Assembly (NCBI RefSeq): GCF_009734345.1 | Contig: NZ_CP032551.1 | Location: 120,001 to 152,000 of the forward strand | Length of the DNA stretch: 32,000 bases | Direction of reading: 5' to 3' | Source of the DNA: Pseudidiomarina andamanensis | GTDB lineage: Bacteria; Pseudomonadota; Gammaproteobacteria; Enterobacterales; Alteromonadaceae | Shown here: positions 16,184 to 24,804 of the stretch, piece after piece | How positions within the stretch are numbered: position 1 is the first letter of the stretch | Layout of the letters: every line of letters starts with the position of its first letter | Program-made: the position numbers and the translations under genes | Notes under the pieces: model-generated | The model's database searches: none | Told to the model about the DNA's origin: nothing | The model's input: only the letters and a program-made list of their open reading frames with translations

Positions 16184-17362
16184 ATGGTTATTCATCCAAA
16201 AATTCGCGGATTTATTTGTACCAATGCACATCCAGTAGGCTGTGCTGCGCATGTGCAGCAGCAAATTGACTATGTGAAACAACAACCAGCTTTAACTGAT
16301 GTACCGAAACGCGTATTGGTGATTGGGTGTTCGACTGGATATGGATTAGCCACTCGCATCAATGCTGCATTTGGTGCTGGCGCGCAAACCTTAGGTGTTT
16401 GCTTCGAAAAAGAGCCAACTGAGAAGAAAACAGCAACGGCAGGGTGGTACAACACCGCAGCATTCCATAAAGCAGCCAAGAAAGAAGGCTTGTACGCGCA
16501 CACTATCAATGGCGATGCGTTCTCAAACGAAATCAAACAAGAAGTGATTGAGAAAATTAAACAAGATTTAGGTCAAGTTGACCTTGTTGTCTACAGCTTG
16601 GCATCGCCTAAACGCAAAGATCCAGTAACCGGTGACCTCTACAGTTCAACCCTGAAGCCAGTAGGGCAGGCGTATACCACAAAAACCTACAACACCGATA
16701 AAGACGAAGTTTCTGAAATTACTCTCGAGCCGGCAAACGATGATGAAATTCAACAAACCATCAAAGTCATGGGCGGCGAAGACTGGGAACTTTGGTTGGC
16801 CGCATTGCATGATGCTGGTGTGCTTGCTCCGAATGCAAAAACCACAGCATATACCTACATTGGCAAAAAACTAACATGGCCAATTTATGGTCACGCGACT
16901 ATCGGTAAAGCCAAAGAAGATCTTGATCGTGCAGCAGCTGCAATGCGTACCCGATATACCGACATTAATCTTGAAGCTTATGTTTCTTCGTTGAAGGCGT
17001 TAGTGACGCAAGCAAGTTCAGCAATACCGGTGATGCCTTTATATATCTCGCTCATCTATAAGGTGATGAAAGAAGAAGGTACCCATGAGGGATGTATTGA
17101 GCAAACACATCGCTTATTGCGCGACGCTCTGTATGCTGAGAATCCAGTACTGGATGAAGCCGGGCGTTTGTTCATGAATGGCTGGGAAACTAACGATCAA
17201 ACTCAAGCAAAAATTGAACAGCTCTGGAACCAAGTAACTCAAGACAACTTCCATCAGTTAGCTGATTATGCGGGTTATCACAGTGATTTCTTGCAGTTGT
17301 TCGGCTTTGGAATGGAAGGTGTTGATTATGACGCCGACGTAAACCCCGTCGTCACCTGGTAA
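16184..17362 (+). CDS. fabV: enoyl-[acyl-carrier-protein] reductase FabV (trans-2-enoyl-CoA reductase family)
   Basis: 392 aa. The N-terminus [20 protein letters not shown] matches the Vibrio FabV start ([20 protein letters not shown]). It also has the [11 protein letters not shown] nucleotide-binding loop, and the length is typical. Confidence 0.9.
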   Translation: [392 protein letters not shown]

Positions 17363-17373
17363 CCACATCAAAA

Positions 17374-17472
17374 GCGTTAATCGTTATTCGTTATTGGTTA
17401 TTCGTTAATGGTAGTAGGTTTTTGTATTTAACGAATAACGACAAGCGAAGCGATCGAATAACGAACAACGGC
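17374..17472. repeat. heptamer-armed palindromic intergenic element, copy 3 (short core); probable fabV terminator
   Basis: The left arm is gc-GTTAATC-GTTATTC-GTTATTG-GTTATTC-GTTAA. The loop/core is about 20 nt. The right arm is TTAA-CGAATAA-CGACAAG-CGAAGCGAT-CGAATAA-CGAACAA-cggc. It is followed by TTTTTGGGGTTTTT and starts 12 nt after the fabV stop. Confidence 0.8.
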
Positions 17473-17491
17473 TTTTTGGGGTTTTTCGCAT

Positions 17492-17519
17492 TTGTTTTAC
17501 TGTGCAAAAGTGCTAAAAT
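17492..17519 (+). promoter_or_regulatory. candidate sigma70 promoter of the nqr operon
   Basis: TTGTTT, a 16-nt spacer, TAAAAT, with TGc immediately upstream of the -10 (extended -10 like). It lies about 115 nt upstream of the nqrA ATG. Confidence 0.35.
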
Positions 17520-17632
17520 GCGCGCCCTAGGTGAAAATGGACAGAATTTGGTCAGTGTAGGCATTTAAACCTCCGTTTACATGCCTGCGCTGGAGTGAGA
17601 TTAATCTTCCCTAACGAGTAGTGCAAACGCGT

Positions 17633-18973
17633 ATGATTACGATCAAGAAAGGGCTGGATATCCCGATTTCGGGTGCGCCCCAGCAAACTATCGAGGATGG
17701 CCAAGCCATCACCACCGTTGCCGTACTGGGTGAAGAGTATGTGGGAATGCGTCCAACCATGCATGTCAAGGTTGAAGACCGCGTTAAAAAAGGCCAGGTA
17801 CTTTTCGAAGACAAGAAAAACCCAGGGGTTAAATTCACTGCACCTGCTGCGGGCGTTGTTAAAGACGTACTGCGTGGCGCAAAGCGTGTGTTGCAAGGCG
17901 TTGTCATTGAAATTGACGGCGATGAGCAAGAAACCTTTGCCAAATACGACAGTAACGAATTAGCTAGCCTTGATCGCGCGAAGGTCGTCGAGCAATTGAA
18001 CAACTCAGGTCAATGGGTTGCATTGCGGACACGTCCATTTAGCCGCTCTCCTAAGCTTGACGCAGAGCCTACCGCAATTTTTGTTAACGCAATGGATACC
18101 AATCCATTGGCCGCTGACCCAACCGTTATTATCAACGAACACAAACAAGCATTTATTGACGGTTTGAAAGTTCTTGGCAACTTGACCCAAGGCAATGTTT
18201 TTGTGGTTAAGGCAGCTGATGCTGAAGTTGATACTGGCGATGCCAAAGTACAACTCGAGAGCTTTGCAGGTCCGCATCCTGCTGGTTTAGTTGGTACGCA
18301 TATTCACTTCTTGCAGCCAGTTTCAATGGCCAAGCACGTGTGGCATATCGGTTACCAAGACGTGATTGCCTACGGTAAATTATTCACGACTGGTGAACTC
18401 TTCACTGACCGCGTTGTTGCATTAGGTGGCCCAAGTGCTAAGAAACCACGTTTATTACGTACGCGTTTGGGTGCAAACTTGCGTGAACTCACGAAAGGTG
18501 AATTAGCGCAAGGCAACAACCGTATCGTTTCTGGTTCGGTTTTAAATGGCCATAAAGTTGATGATGCGCACCAATGGTTAGGTCGTTTCCATAACCAAGT
18601 CAGCGTATTAGCTGAAGGTGATCAGAAAGAATTCTTTGGTTGGATCAAGCCAGGTGTTAACCAACACTCGGTAACACGTGCCTATCTTGGCCACTTGAGC
18701 CCGAAGAAATTGTTTTCGATGACTACTACCACCAACGGATCTGACCGTTCGATGGTTCCAATCGGCAACTATGAGCGCGTGATGCCGCTTGATATTTTGC
18801 CAACGATTTTGCTACGTGACTTGCTCTCTGGTGACACTGAACAAGCTCAGAAATTGGGCTGCTTGGAGTTAGATGAAGAGGATTTAGCGCTGTGTTCTTA
18901 TGTTTGCCCAGGCAAATACGAGTACGGTCCTGTGTTGCGTAACATGTTGACCGAAATTGAGAAAGAGGGCTGA
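17633..18973 (+). CDS. nqrA: Na+-translocating NADH:quinone oxidoreductase subunit A
   Basis: The ORF track starts at the GTG at 17621. The ATG at 17633 gives [16 protein letters not shown], the same start as Vibrio NqrA. It is collinear to the C-terminal [20 protein letters not shown]...IEKEG. Confidence 0.95.
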   Translation: MITIKKGLDIPISGAPQQTIEDGQAITTVAVLGEEYVGMRPTMHVKVEDRVKKGQVLFEDKKNPGVKFTAPAAGVVKDVLRGAKRVLQGVVIEIDGDEQETFAKYDSNELASLDRAKVVEQLNNSGQWVALRTRPFSRSPKLDAEPTAIFVNAMDTNPLAADPTVIINEHKQAFIDGLKVLGNLTQGNVFVVKAADAEVDTGDAKVQLESFAGPHPAGLVGTHIHFLQPVSMAKHVWHIGYQDVIAYGKLFTTGELFTDRVVALGGPSAKKPRLLRTRLGANLRELTKGELAQGNNRIVSGSVLNGHKVDDAHQWLGRFHNQVSVLAEGDQKEFFGWIKPGVNQHSVTRAYLGHLSPKKLFSMTTTTNGSDRSMVPIGNYERVMPLDILPTILLRDLLSGDTEQAQKLGCLELDEEDLALCSYVCPGKYEYGPVLRNMLTEIEKEG

Positions 18974-18975
18974 TC

Positions 18976-20175
18976 ATGGGCTTGAAAAGTTTTCTTGAGA
19001 ATATTGAGCCAAACTTCGAAAAAGGCGGCAAGTACGAGAAGTTCTATGCCTTATACGAAGCGGCTGCAACCATTTTCTATACGCCAGGTAAAGTAACCAA
19101 AGGCATTACCCACGTAAAAGACAGCGTTGATTTGAAGCGCATCATGATCTTGGTGTGGATGATGACGTTCCCAGCAATGTTCTGGGGTATGTATAACATC
19201 GGTAACCAAGCTGCGATGGCATTGGTTAACGGTTACGAGTTAGCTGACATTTGGCAAGTAGGCTTGTTTACTGCTCTCGGCGGTGATTTAAGCACTGCAG
19301 GTTGGGCCGGTAAATTATTCTACGGCGCTTGCTTCTTTGTTCCAGTTTACGCCACAACCTTTATTGTTGGTGGCTTCTGGGAAGTCTTGTTTGCCTCAAT
19401 TCGTAAGCACGAAATCAACGAAGGCTTCTTCGTTACTTCAGTATTGTTTGCGTTGACCCTGCCAGCAACCATGCCATTGTGGCAAGTTGCGTTGGGTATC
19501 ACCTTTGGTGTGGTGATTGGTAAAGAAATTTTCGGCGGTACTGGCCGTAACTTCTTGAACCCAGCACTAACTGGTCGTGCATTTTTATACTTCGCTTTCC
19601 CAGCGTCTATTTCTGGTGAGCAAGTATGGACTGCGGTTGACGGTTTCTCTGGCGCAACGTTGTTGGGTCAAGCAACTGCAAGCACCGACTACATTGCTGA
19701 CACTGCACTCTGGTGGGATGCCTTCTTAGGTAATATCCAAGGTTCGATGGGCGAAGTTTCAACCCTAATGATTCTTATCGGTGGCTTAGCACTTATTTAT
19801 TTCCGTATCGCTTCATGGCGCATCGTCTCTGGAGTGTTCGTTGGTATGGTGGCGTTGTCATTACTGTTCAATGTGATTGGCAGTGACACCAACCCAATGT
19901 TTGCAATGCCATGGTACTGGCACTTGGTAGTAGGTGGTTTTGCCTTCGGTATGATGTTTATGGCCACTGACCCAGTATCAGCGTCGTTCACCAACAAAGG
20001 TAAGTTCTATTACGGCTTCCTGATTGGCGCAATGACAGTACTTATCCGTGTGGTAAACCCTGCGTATCCAGAAGGTATTATGCTGGCAATTTTGTTCGCC
20101 AACGTATTTGCCCCGCTGTTTGACCACTTTGTTGTTCAATCAAACATTAAACGGAGAATGGCACGCAATGGCTAA
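18976..20175 (+). CDS. nqrB: Na+-NQR subunit B
   Basis: [19 protein letters not shown]..., collinear with Vibrio NqrB. It has the FMN-attachment motif GFSGATLLG and the C-terminus [23 protein letters not shown]. Confidence 0.95.
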   Translation: MGLKSFLENIEPNFEKGGKYEKFYALYEAAATIFYTPGKVTKGITHVKDSVDLKRIMILVWMMTFPAMFWGMYNIGNQAAMALVNGYELADIWQVGLFTALGGDLSTAGWAGKLFYGACFFVPVYATTFIVGGFWEVLFASIRKHEINEGFFVTSVLFALTLPATMPLWQVALGITFGVVIGKEIFGGTGRNFLNPALTGRAFLYFAFPASISGEQVWTAVDGFSGATLLGQATASTDYIADTALWWDAFLGNIQGSMGEVSTLMILIGGLALIYFRIASWRIVSGVFVGMVALSLLFNVIGSDTNPMFAMPWYWHLVVGGFAFGMMFMATDPVSASFTNKGKFYYGFLIGAMTVLIRVVNPAYPEGIMLAILFANVFAPLFDHFVVQSNIKRRMARNG

Positions 20176-20944
20176 TAAAAACGAATCACTCGGCAAAACG
20201 TTATTTGTCGTTGTCGCGCTCTGTTTAGTGTGCGCGGTAATCGTGGCAGGTTCTGCAGTTGGCTTGAAGCCTATTCAGCAAAAGAATGCTGCACTCGATA
20301 TGCAACGCAACGTGTTAGATGCAGCTGGTTTATTAACGCCTGAAACTGATGTGGTTGCGGTGTTTAATGACCGTGTTGATACACGTTTAATTAACTTGAA
20401 TACACTTGAAGAAGTTGAAACTGTTGACGGTAAATCAGCTACCGAATATGACCCAATCGCATCAGCGAAAAAAGCCGGTTTAGGTTCTAAGCTTGAAAAA
20501 AGTGAAGACGTAGCAGGTATTGGTGCACTGGAAAACGTTTCTAAAGTCTATTTTATTAACGATGAAAGCGGCGCATTAGAAACGGTTGTTGTTTACGTTC
20601 GTGGCTACGGTCTGTGGGGTACTATGTACGGTCTTATGGCTGTTGCACCTGACATGAACACCATCAAAGGTATCAACTTCTACGAGCACTCTGAAACTCC
20701 GGGTCTTGGTGGCGAAATTCAGAATCCTAATTGGACTGCAAGCTGGCAAGGCAAAGAAATTTATGAAAACGGCAGTGTCGCCATTGATGTGACAAAAAAT
20801 GTCACTGACAAAGCGCATGATATTGATGCACTTTCAGGCGCAACCCTAACCAGTAACGGTGTCGAGAACACGATGCAATTCTGGTTTAGCGATAAAGCTT
20901 ATGGCCCACTGTTCGATAAAATTCGCAAAGGGGAGCTGAACTAA
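20168..20944 (+). CDS. nqrC: Na+-NQR subunit C
   Basis: ATG at 20168 ([20 protein letters not shown], an N-terminal TM anchor) overlaps the nqrB stop by 8 nt. It has the FMN-attachment motif [12 protein letters not shown]. Confidence 0.9.
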   Translation: MANKNESLGKTLFVVVALCLVCAVIVAGSAVGLKPIQQKNAALDMQRNVLDAAGLLTPETDVVAVFNDRVDTRLINLNTLEEVETVDGKSATEYDPIASAKKAGLGSKLEKSEDVAGIGALENVSKVYFINDESGALETVVVYVRGYGLWGTMYGLMAVAPDMNTIKGINFYEHSETPGLGGEIQNPNWTASWQGKEIYENGSVAIDVTKNVTDKAHDIDALSGATLTSNGVENTMQFWFSDKAYGPLFDKIRKGELN

Positions 20945-21576
20945 TGGCGAGTGCAAAAGAAGTCAAAGAGGTTCTATTTGGACCGATTTTTGCCAACAAC
21001 CCGATTGCCCTACAAATTTTAGGTATCTGCTCGGCGTTGGCAGTCACTTCGAAAATGGAAAATACCGTGGTTATGTGTATTGCACTAACTTTGGTTACAG
21101 CGTTTTCGAACTTATTTATTTCAATTATTCGTAATCATATTCCGTCAAGCGTACGTATCATTGTACAAATGACCATTATCGCGAGCTTGGTTATTGTTGT
21201 TGACCAGGTGCTGCGGGCTTATGCTTACAGTATTGCAAAAGAATTGTCGGTATTCGTTGGTTTGATCATTACCAACTGTATCGTTATGGGTCGTGCTGAA
21301 GCTTATGCAATGAAGAGCCCACCAATGTTGTCGTTCCTAGATGGTATCGGTAACGGTTTGGGTTACTCAGTAGTGTTGTTGACCGTTGGTTTCATTCGTG
21401 AGCTATTCGGTTCTGGTAGCCTATTTGGCTATCAAATTTTACAGCTCGCTTCTGAGGGCGGTTGGTATCAACCAATCGGCTTGTTGGTATTGCCACCAAG
21501 CGCATTCTTCATTATCGGCGGCTTCATTTGGGTACTGCGTACCTTCCGCAAAGAACAAGTAGAGCCGAAGGAATAA
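20944..21576 (+). CDS. nqrD: Na+-NQR subunit D
   Basis: 210 aa polytopic protein. The conserved Cys pair is present in GICSALAV and ITNCIVMG. The start overlaps the nqrC stop (TAATG). Confidence 0.95.
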   Translation: MASAKEVKEVLFGPIFANNPIALQILGICSALAVTSKMENTVVMCIALTLVTAFSNLFISIIRNHIPSSVRIIVQMTIIASLVIVVDQVLRAYAYSIAKELSVFVGLIITNCIVMGRAEAYAMKSPPMLSFLDGIGNGLGYSVVLLTVGFIRELFGSGSLFGYQILQLASEGGWYQPIGLLVLPPSAFFIIGGFIWVLRTFRKEQVEPKE

Positions 21577-21586
21577 GGAGCAGACC

Positions 21587-22195
21587 ATGGAAGCCTATAT
21601 CAGTTTATTTATTAAATCGATTTTCGTTGAAAACTTAGCGTTATCGTTCTTCCTTGGTATGTGTACTTTCTTGGCGGTGTCTAAGAAAGTAACCACAGCT
21701 TTTGGTTTGGGCGTTGCGGTAATTGTTGTTCTGGGCATTTCGGTACCTGCTAACAACCTGGTTTATCACAACATTCTAGCGCCTGGCGCGTTAGATTGGG
21801 CTGGTTTCCCAGACGCAGACTTAAGTTTCTTACGTTTCTTGACCTTTATCGGCGTGATTGCAGCGTTGGTACAGATTCTTGAAATGGCACTCGACAAATA
21901 CGTTCCTGCTTTATACAACGCGTTAGGTATCTTCTTACCGTTGATTACTGTGAACTGCGCAATCTTTGGTGGCGTATCATTCATGGTAGAGCGTGATTAC
22001 ACTTTCTCGGAGAGTGTGGTTTACGGTATTGGCGGCGGCGTAGGCTGGGCGTTAGCGATTGTTGCTTTGGCAGCGGTACGCGAGAAGCTGAAATATGCAG
22101 ACGTGCCAGATGGATTACGTGGCTTGGGCATCACCTTTATGACGGTGGGTCTGATTGGTTTAGGGTTTATGTCTTTCTCAGGCATTTCACTCTAA
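21587..22195 (+). CDS. nqrE: Na+-NQR subunit E
   Basis: 202 aa polytopic protein, with the conserved Cys pair in GMCTFLAV and TVNCAIFG. Confidence 0.95.
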   Translation: MEAYISLFIKSIFVENLALSFFLGMCTFLAVSKKVTTAFGLGVAVIVVLGISVPANNLVYHNILAPGALDWAGFPDADLSFLRFLTFIGVIAALVQILEMALDKYVPALYNALGIFLPLITVNCAIFGGVSFMVERDYTFSESVVYGIGGGVGWALAIVALAAVREKLKYADVPDGLRGLGITFMTVGLIGLGFMSFSGISL

Positions 22196-22242
22196 TTTCA
22201 TCCGGTTACGAACGATAACGTATTAAGTAGAGGTACAAGTCG

Positions 22243-23484
22243 ATGCAAGGGCAAGATTTGACACTAATAGCGCTCGGCGTAGGCATGTTTACCTTGATTG
22301 TATTGATTTTGGTTGCGGTGATTATGTTCGCTAAATCAAAATTGGTCCCTCAGGGTGATGTCGAGATTTTAATTAACGATGACGAAGACAAGAAAATTAC
22401 CACCCAACCGGGCACGAAGTTGCTTGGCGCACTAGCTAACGCGGGTATTTTCGTATCGTCAGCGTGTGGTGGCGGTGGCTCATGTGGCCAGTGCCGTGTG
22501 GTGATCAAAGAAGGTGGCGGTGAGATTCTGCCAACTGAGCGTGACCACATTAACCGCAAAGAAGCACGTGAAGGTTGCCGTTTATCTTGTCAGGTAAACG
22601 TGAAGCAAAATATGAAAATCGAACTTCCAGAGGAAGTATTCGGTATTCGTAAGTGGGATTGTACGGTTAAATCGAACAATAACGTTGCCACCTTCATTAA
22701 AGAATTTGTGGTGCAATTGCCAGAAGGCGAGGAAGTTCCATTCCGCGCTGGTGGTTACATTCAAATTGAATGCCCACCGCACCATGTGAAATTTAAAGAT
22801 TTCGACATTGAAGAAAAATTCCGTGGCGATTGGGAACACTTCGGCTTCTTTAACCTTGAGTCAAAAGTTAACGAAGAAGTTATTCGTGCTTACTCGATGG
22901 CGAATTACCCAGATGAGAAAGGCATCATCATGTTGAACGTGCGTATCGCTACGCCGCCTCCGCGTGATATGAGCTTGCCACCAGGTCAAATGTCGTCATA
23001 CATCTTTAGCTTGAAGCCAGGCGATAAAGTGACGATTTCTGGTCCATTTGGTGAATTCTTCGCGAAAGATACCAAAGCTGAGATGGTGTTTGTTGGTGGT
23101 GGTGCTGGTATGGCGCCGATGCGCTCACACATCTTCGACCAATTACGTCGCTTGAAATCTGACCGTAAGATGACGTTCTGGTACGGTGCTCGTTCTAAGA
23201 AAGAAATGTTCTATGTTGAAGATTTCGATATGTTGGCTCGTGAAAACGACAACTTCGAATGGCACGTGGCACTATCTGACCCACAACCAGAAGATAACTG
23301 GGAAGGGTACACCGGCTTTATTCACAATGTATTGTTCGAGAACTATCTGAAGGACCACGAAGCGCCTGAAGATTGTGAGTTCTACATGTGTGGACCACCG
23401 ATGATGAACGCTGCAGTCATAAAAATGTTGAAAGACTTAGGCGTCGAAGACGAGAACATCTTGTTGGATGACTTCGGTGGCTAA
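22243..23484 (+). CDS. nqrF: Na+-NQR subunit F (2Fe-2S ferredoxin / FAD / NADH domain)
   Basis: N-terminal TM helix, the 2Fe-2S motif [15 protein letters not shown], the FAD motif RAYSMANYP, the NADH motif [11 protein letters not shown] and the C-terminus ILLDDFGG. Collinear with Vibrio NqrF. Confidence 0.95.
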   Translation: MQGQDLTLIALGVGMFTLIVLILVAVIMFAKSKLVPQGDVEILINDDEDKKITTQPGTKLLGALANAGIFVSSACGGGGSCGQCRVVIKEGGGEILPTERDHINRKEAREGCRLSCQVNVKQNMKIELPEEVFGIRKWDCTVKSNNNVATFIKEFVVQLPEGEEVPFRAGGYIQIECPPHHVKFKDFDIEEKFRGDWEHFGFFNLESKVNEEVIRAYSMANYPDEKGIIMLNVRIATPPPRDMSLPPGQMSSYIFSLKPGDKVTISGPFGEFFAKDTKAEMVFVGGGAGMAPMRSHIFDQLRRLKSDRKMTFWYGARSKKEMFYVEDFDMLARENDNFEWHVALSDPQPEDNWEGYTGFIHNVLFENYLKDHEAPEDCEFYMCGPPMMNAAVIKMLKDLGVEDENILLDDFGG

Positions 23485-23518
23485 CCGTAACGGTTAACTG
23501 TAAGGTGAAATAAAACGG

Positions 23519-24541
23519 ATGAAGATGAATTTGTCATCGACTCTGCGAATTTGGCTAGCCCTGATAGGGCTGGCCTTTTTCGTTTCATGTACGCCGGCAC
23601 CGCAACAAATTTCAGTGTCGGGCGAAACCATGGGCACGACCTACCATATCCGCTATGTCACGGCGAACCCAAATCATTCGCCGGAACGCGTGAAAGAGCG
23701 GGTTGATGCAGTGTTAGAGCAAGTGAATAGCCAGATGTCGACTTATGATCCGAACTCTGAGTTATCGCTGTTTAATCAACGCAAAACAACAGAGCCCGTG
23801 GTTGTATCGCGTTCGTTAGAGACAGTTGTTCGCCGTGCACTTGAAGTTGGTGAAGAAACCAATGGATTATTAGATGTCACGGTTGGTCCGCTAGTTAATT
23901 TGTGGGGCTTTGGTCCTTTAGGTCGACCTGAACAAGTACCTTCTGAGCAGCAATTGCAGGAAGTTCGTGATCAGATTGGCTATCAATATTTGACGGTAGA
24001 AAATCACCAGTTAACGAAGGCTATTCCTGATTTGTATGTCGATTTGTCGACCATTGCGAAAGGTTACGGTGTTGACCGTGTTGCGATTTTGCTTGAGCAA
24101 ATGGAAATCAAAAATTACTTGGTGGAAATTGGTGGTGAAATGCGCATGCGTGGTACCAAGCCGGGTGAGCAACCTTGGCGGATTGCTGTTGAGCAGCCGG
24201 TATCTTTAGAGCGTGCGGTTCAACGCATTATCGAGCCGGGTAACAACGCTGTGGCGACCTCAGGTGATTATCGCAACTACTTCGAAGAAGATGGCGTGCG
24301 TTACTCGCATATTATCGATCCTCGTACAGGGTATCCAATTCAGCACAACTTAGTTTCGGTAACAGTGATAACAGACACGTGTATGGATGCCGATGCTTAC
24401 GCAACGGCATTGACGGTTATGGGCGCTGAAGAGGCACTTGAGTTCGCGAATAAAAAAGGTTTAGCGGTACTTTTAGTGACCCGTGAAAACGATCAATTTA
24501 AAGAGTACACTAGTACTGCATTCAAACGATTTGAGCAGTAG
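23519..24541 (+). CDS. apbE: FAD:protein FMN transferase ApbE (lipoprotein)
   Basis: 340 aa with a lipobox-type signal (LAFFVSCTP). ApbE blocks are present: GETMGTTYHI, DLSTIAKGYGVD, TSGDYRNYFE..G.RYSHIIDPRTG.P and DADAYATAL. It occupies the canonical position after nqrF. Confidence 0.9.
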   Translation: MKMNLSSTLRIWLALIGLAFFVSCTPAPQQISVSGETMGTTYHIRYVTANPNHSPERVKERVDAVLEQVNSQMSTYDPNSELSLFNQRKTTEPVVVSRSLETVVRRALEVGEETNGLLDVTVGPLVNLWGFGPLGRPEQVPSEQQLQEVRDQIGYQYLTVENHQLTKAIPDLYVDLSTIAKGYGVDRVAILLEQMEIKNYLVEIGGEMRMRGTKPGEQPWRIAVEQPVSLERAVQRIIEPGNNAVATSGDYRNYFEEDGVRYSHIIDPRTGYPIQHNLVSVTVITDTCMDADAYATALTVMGAEEALEFANKKGLAVLLVTRENDQFKEYTSTAFKRFEQ

Positions 24542-24555
24542 CTCAGGAGGTCCAC

Positions 24556-24786
24556 ATGGGCGTTTTTATTGCTGTATTCGTCATCATGTTGGTGGTGGTA
24601 TTAGCTATGTCGGTGGGTTTCATCGCCCAACGCAAATCTATTTCCGGTAGCTGTGGCGGTATCTCGTCATTAGGCATGGAAAAGGCTTGCGACTGCAAAG
24701 ATCCGTGCGATGATAAGAAAGCGCGCATGGCTGAAGAAGCTCGAGCTGCGAAAGAAAAGCAGTGGCAGGAAAATCGAATCGATTAA
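24556..24786 (+). CDS. nqrM: Na+-NQR maturation protein NqrM (DUF539)
   Basis: 76 aa with AGGAGG upstream. It has one N-terminal TM helix followed by the four-Cys pattern SGSCGG...CDCKDPC, in the canonical position after apbE. Confidence 0.8.
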   Translation: MGVFIAVFVIMLVVVLAMSVGFIAQRKSISGSCGGISSLGMEKACDCKDPCDDKKARMAEEARAAKEKQWQENRID

Positions 24787-24804
24787 AGTGAAGGAGTTAA
24801 ACTG

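Noticed and set aside
22203-22220. GGTTACGAACGATAACGT between nqrE and nqrF resembles two degenerate heptamer units.
   Set aside because: There are only two imperfect units, with no inverted partner arm and no core. This is within chance expectation for such a short motif.
23485-23518. Small hairpin AACCG-taa-CGGTT between nqrF and apbE, as an internal operon terminator.
   Set aside because: The stem is 5 bp with no T-run, and apbE conventionally follows nqrF in the same unit. It is unlikely to terminate transcription.
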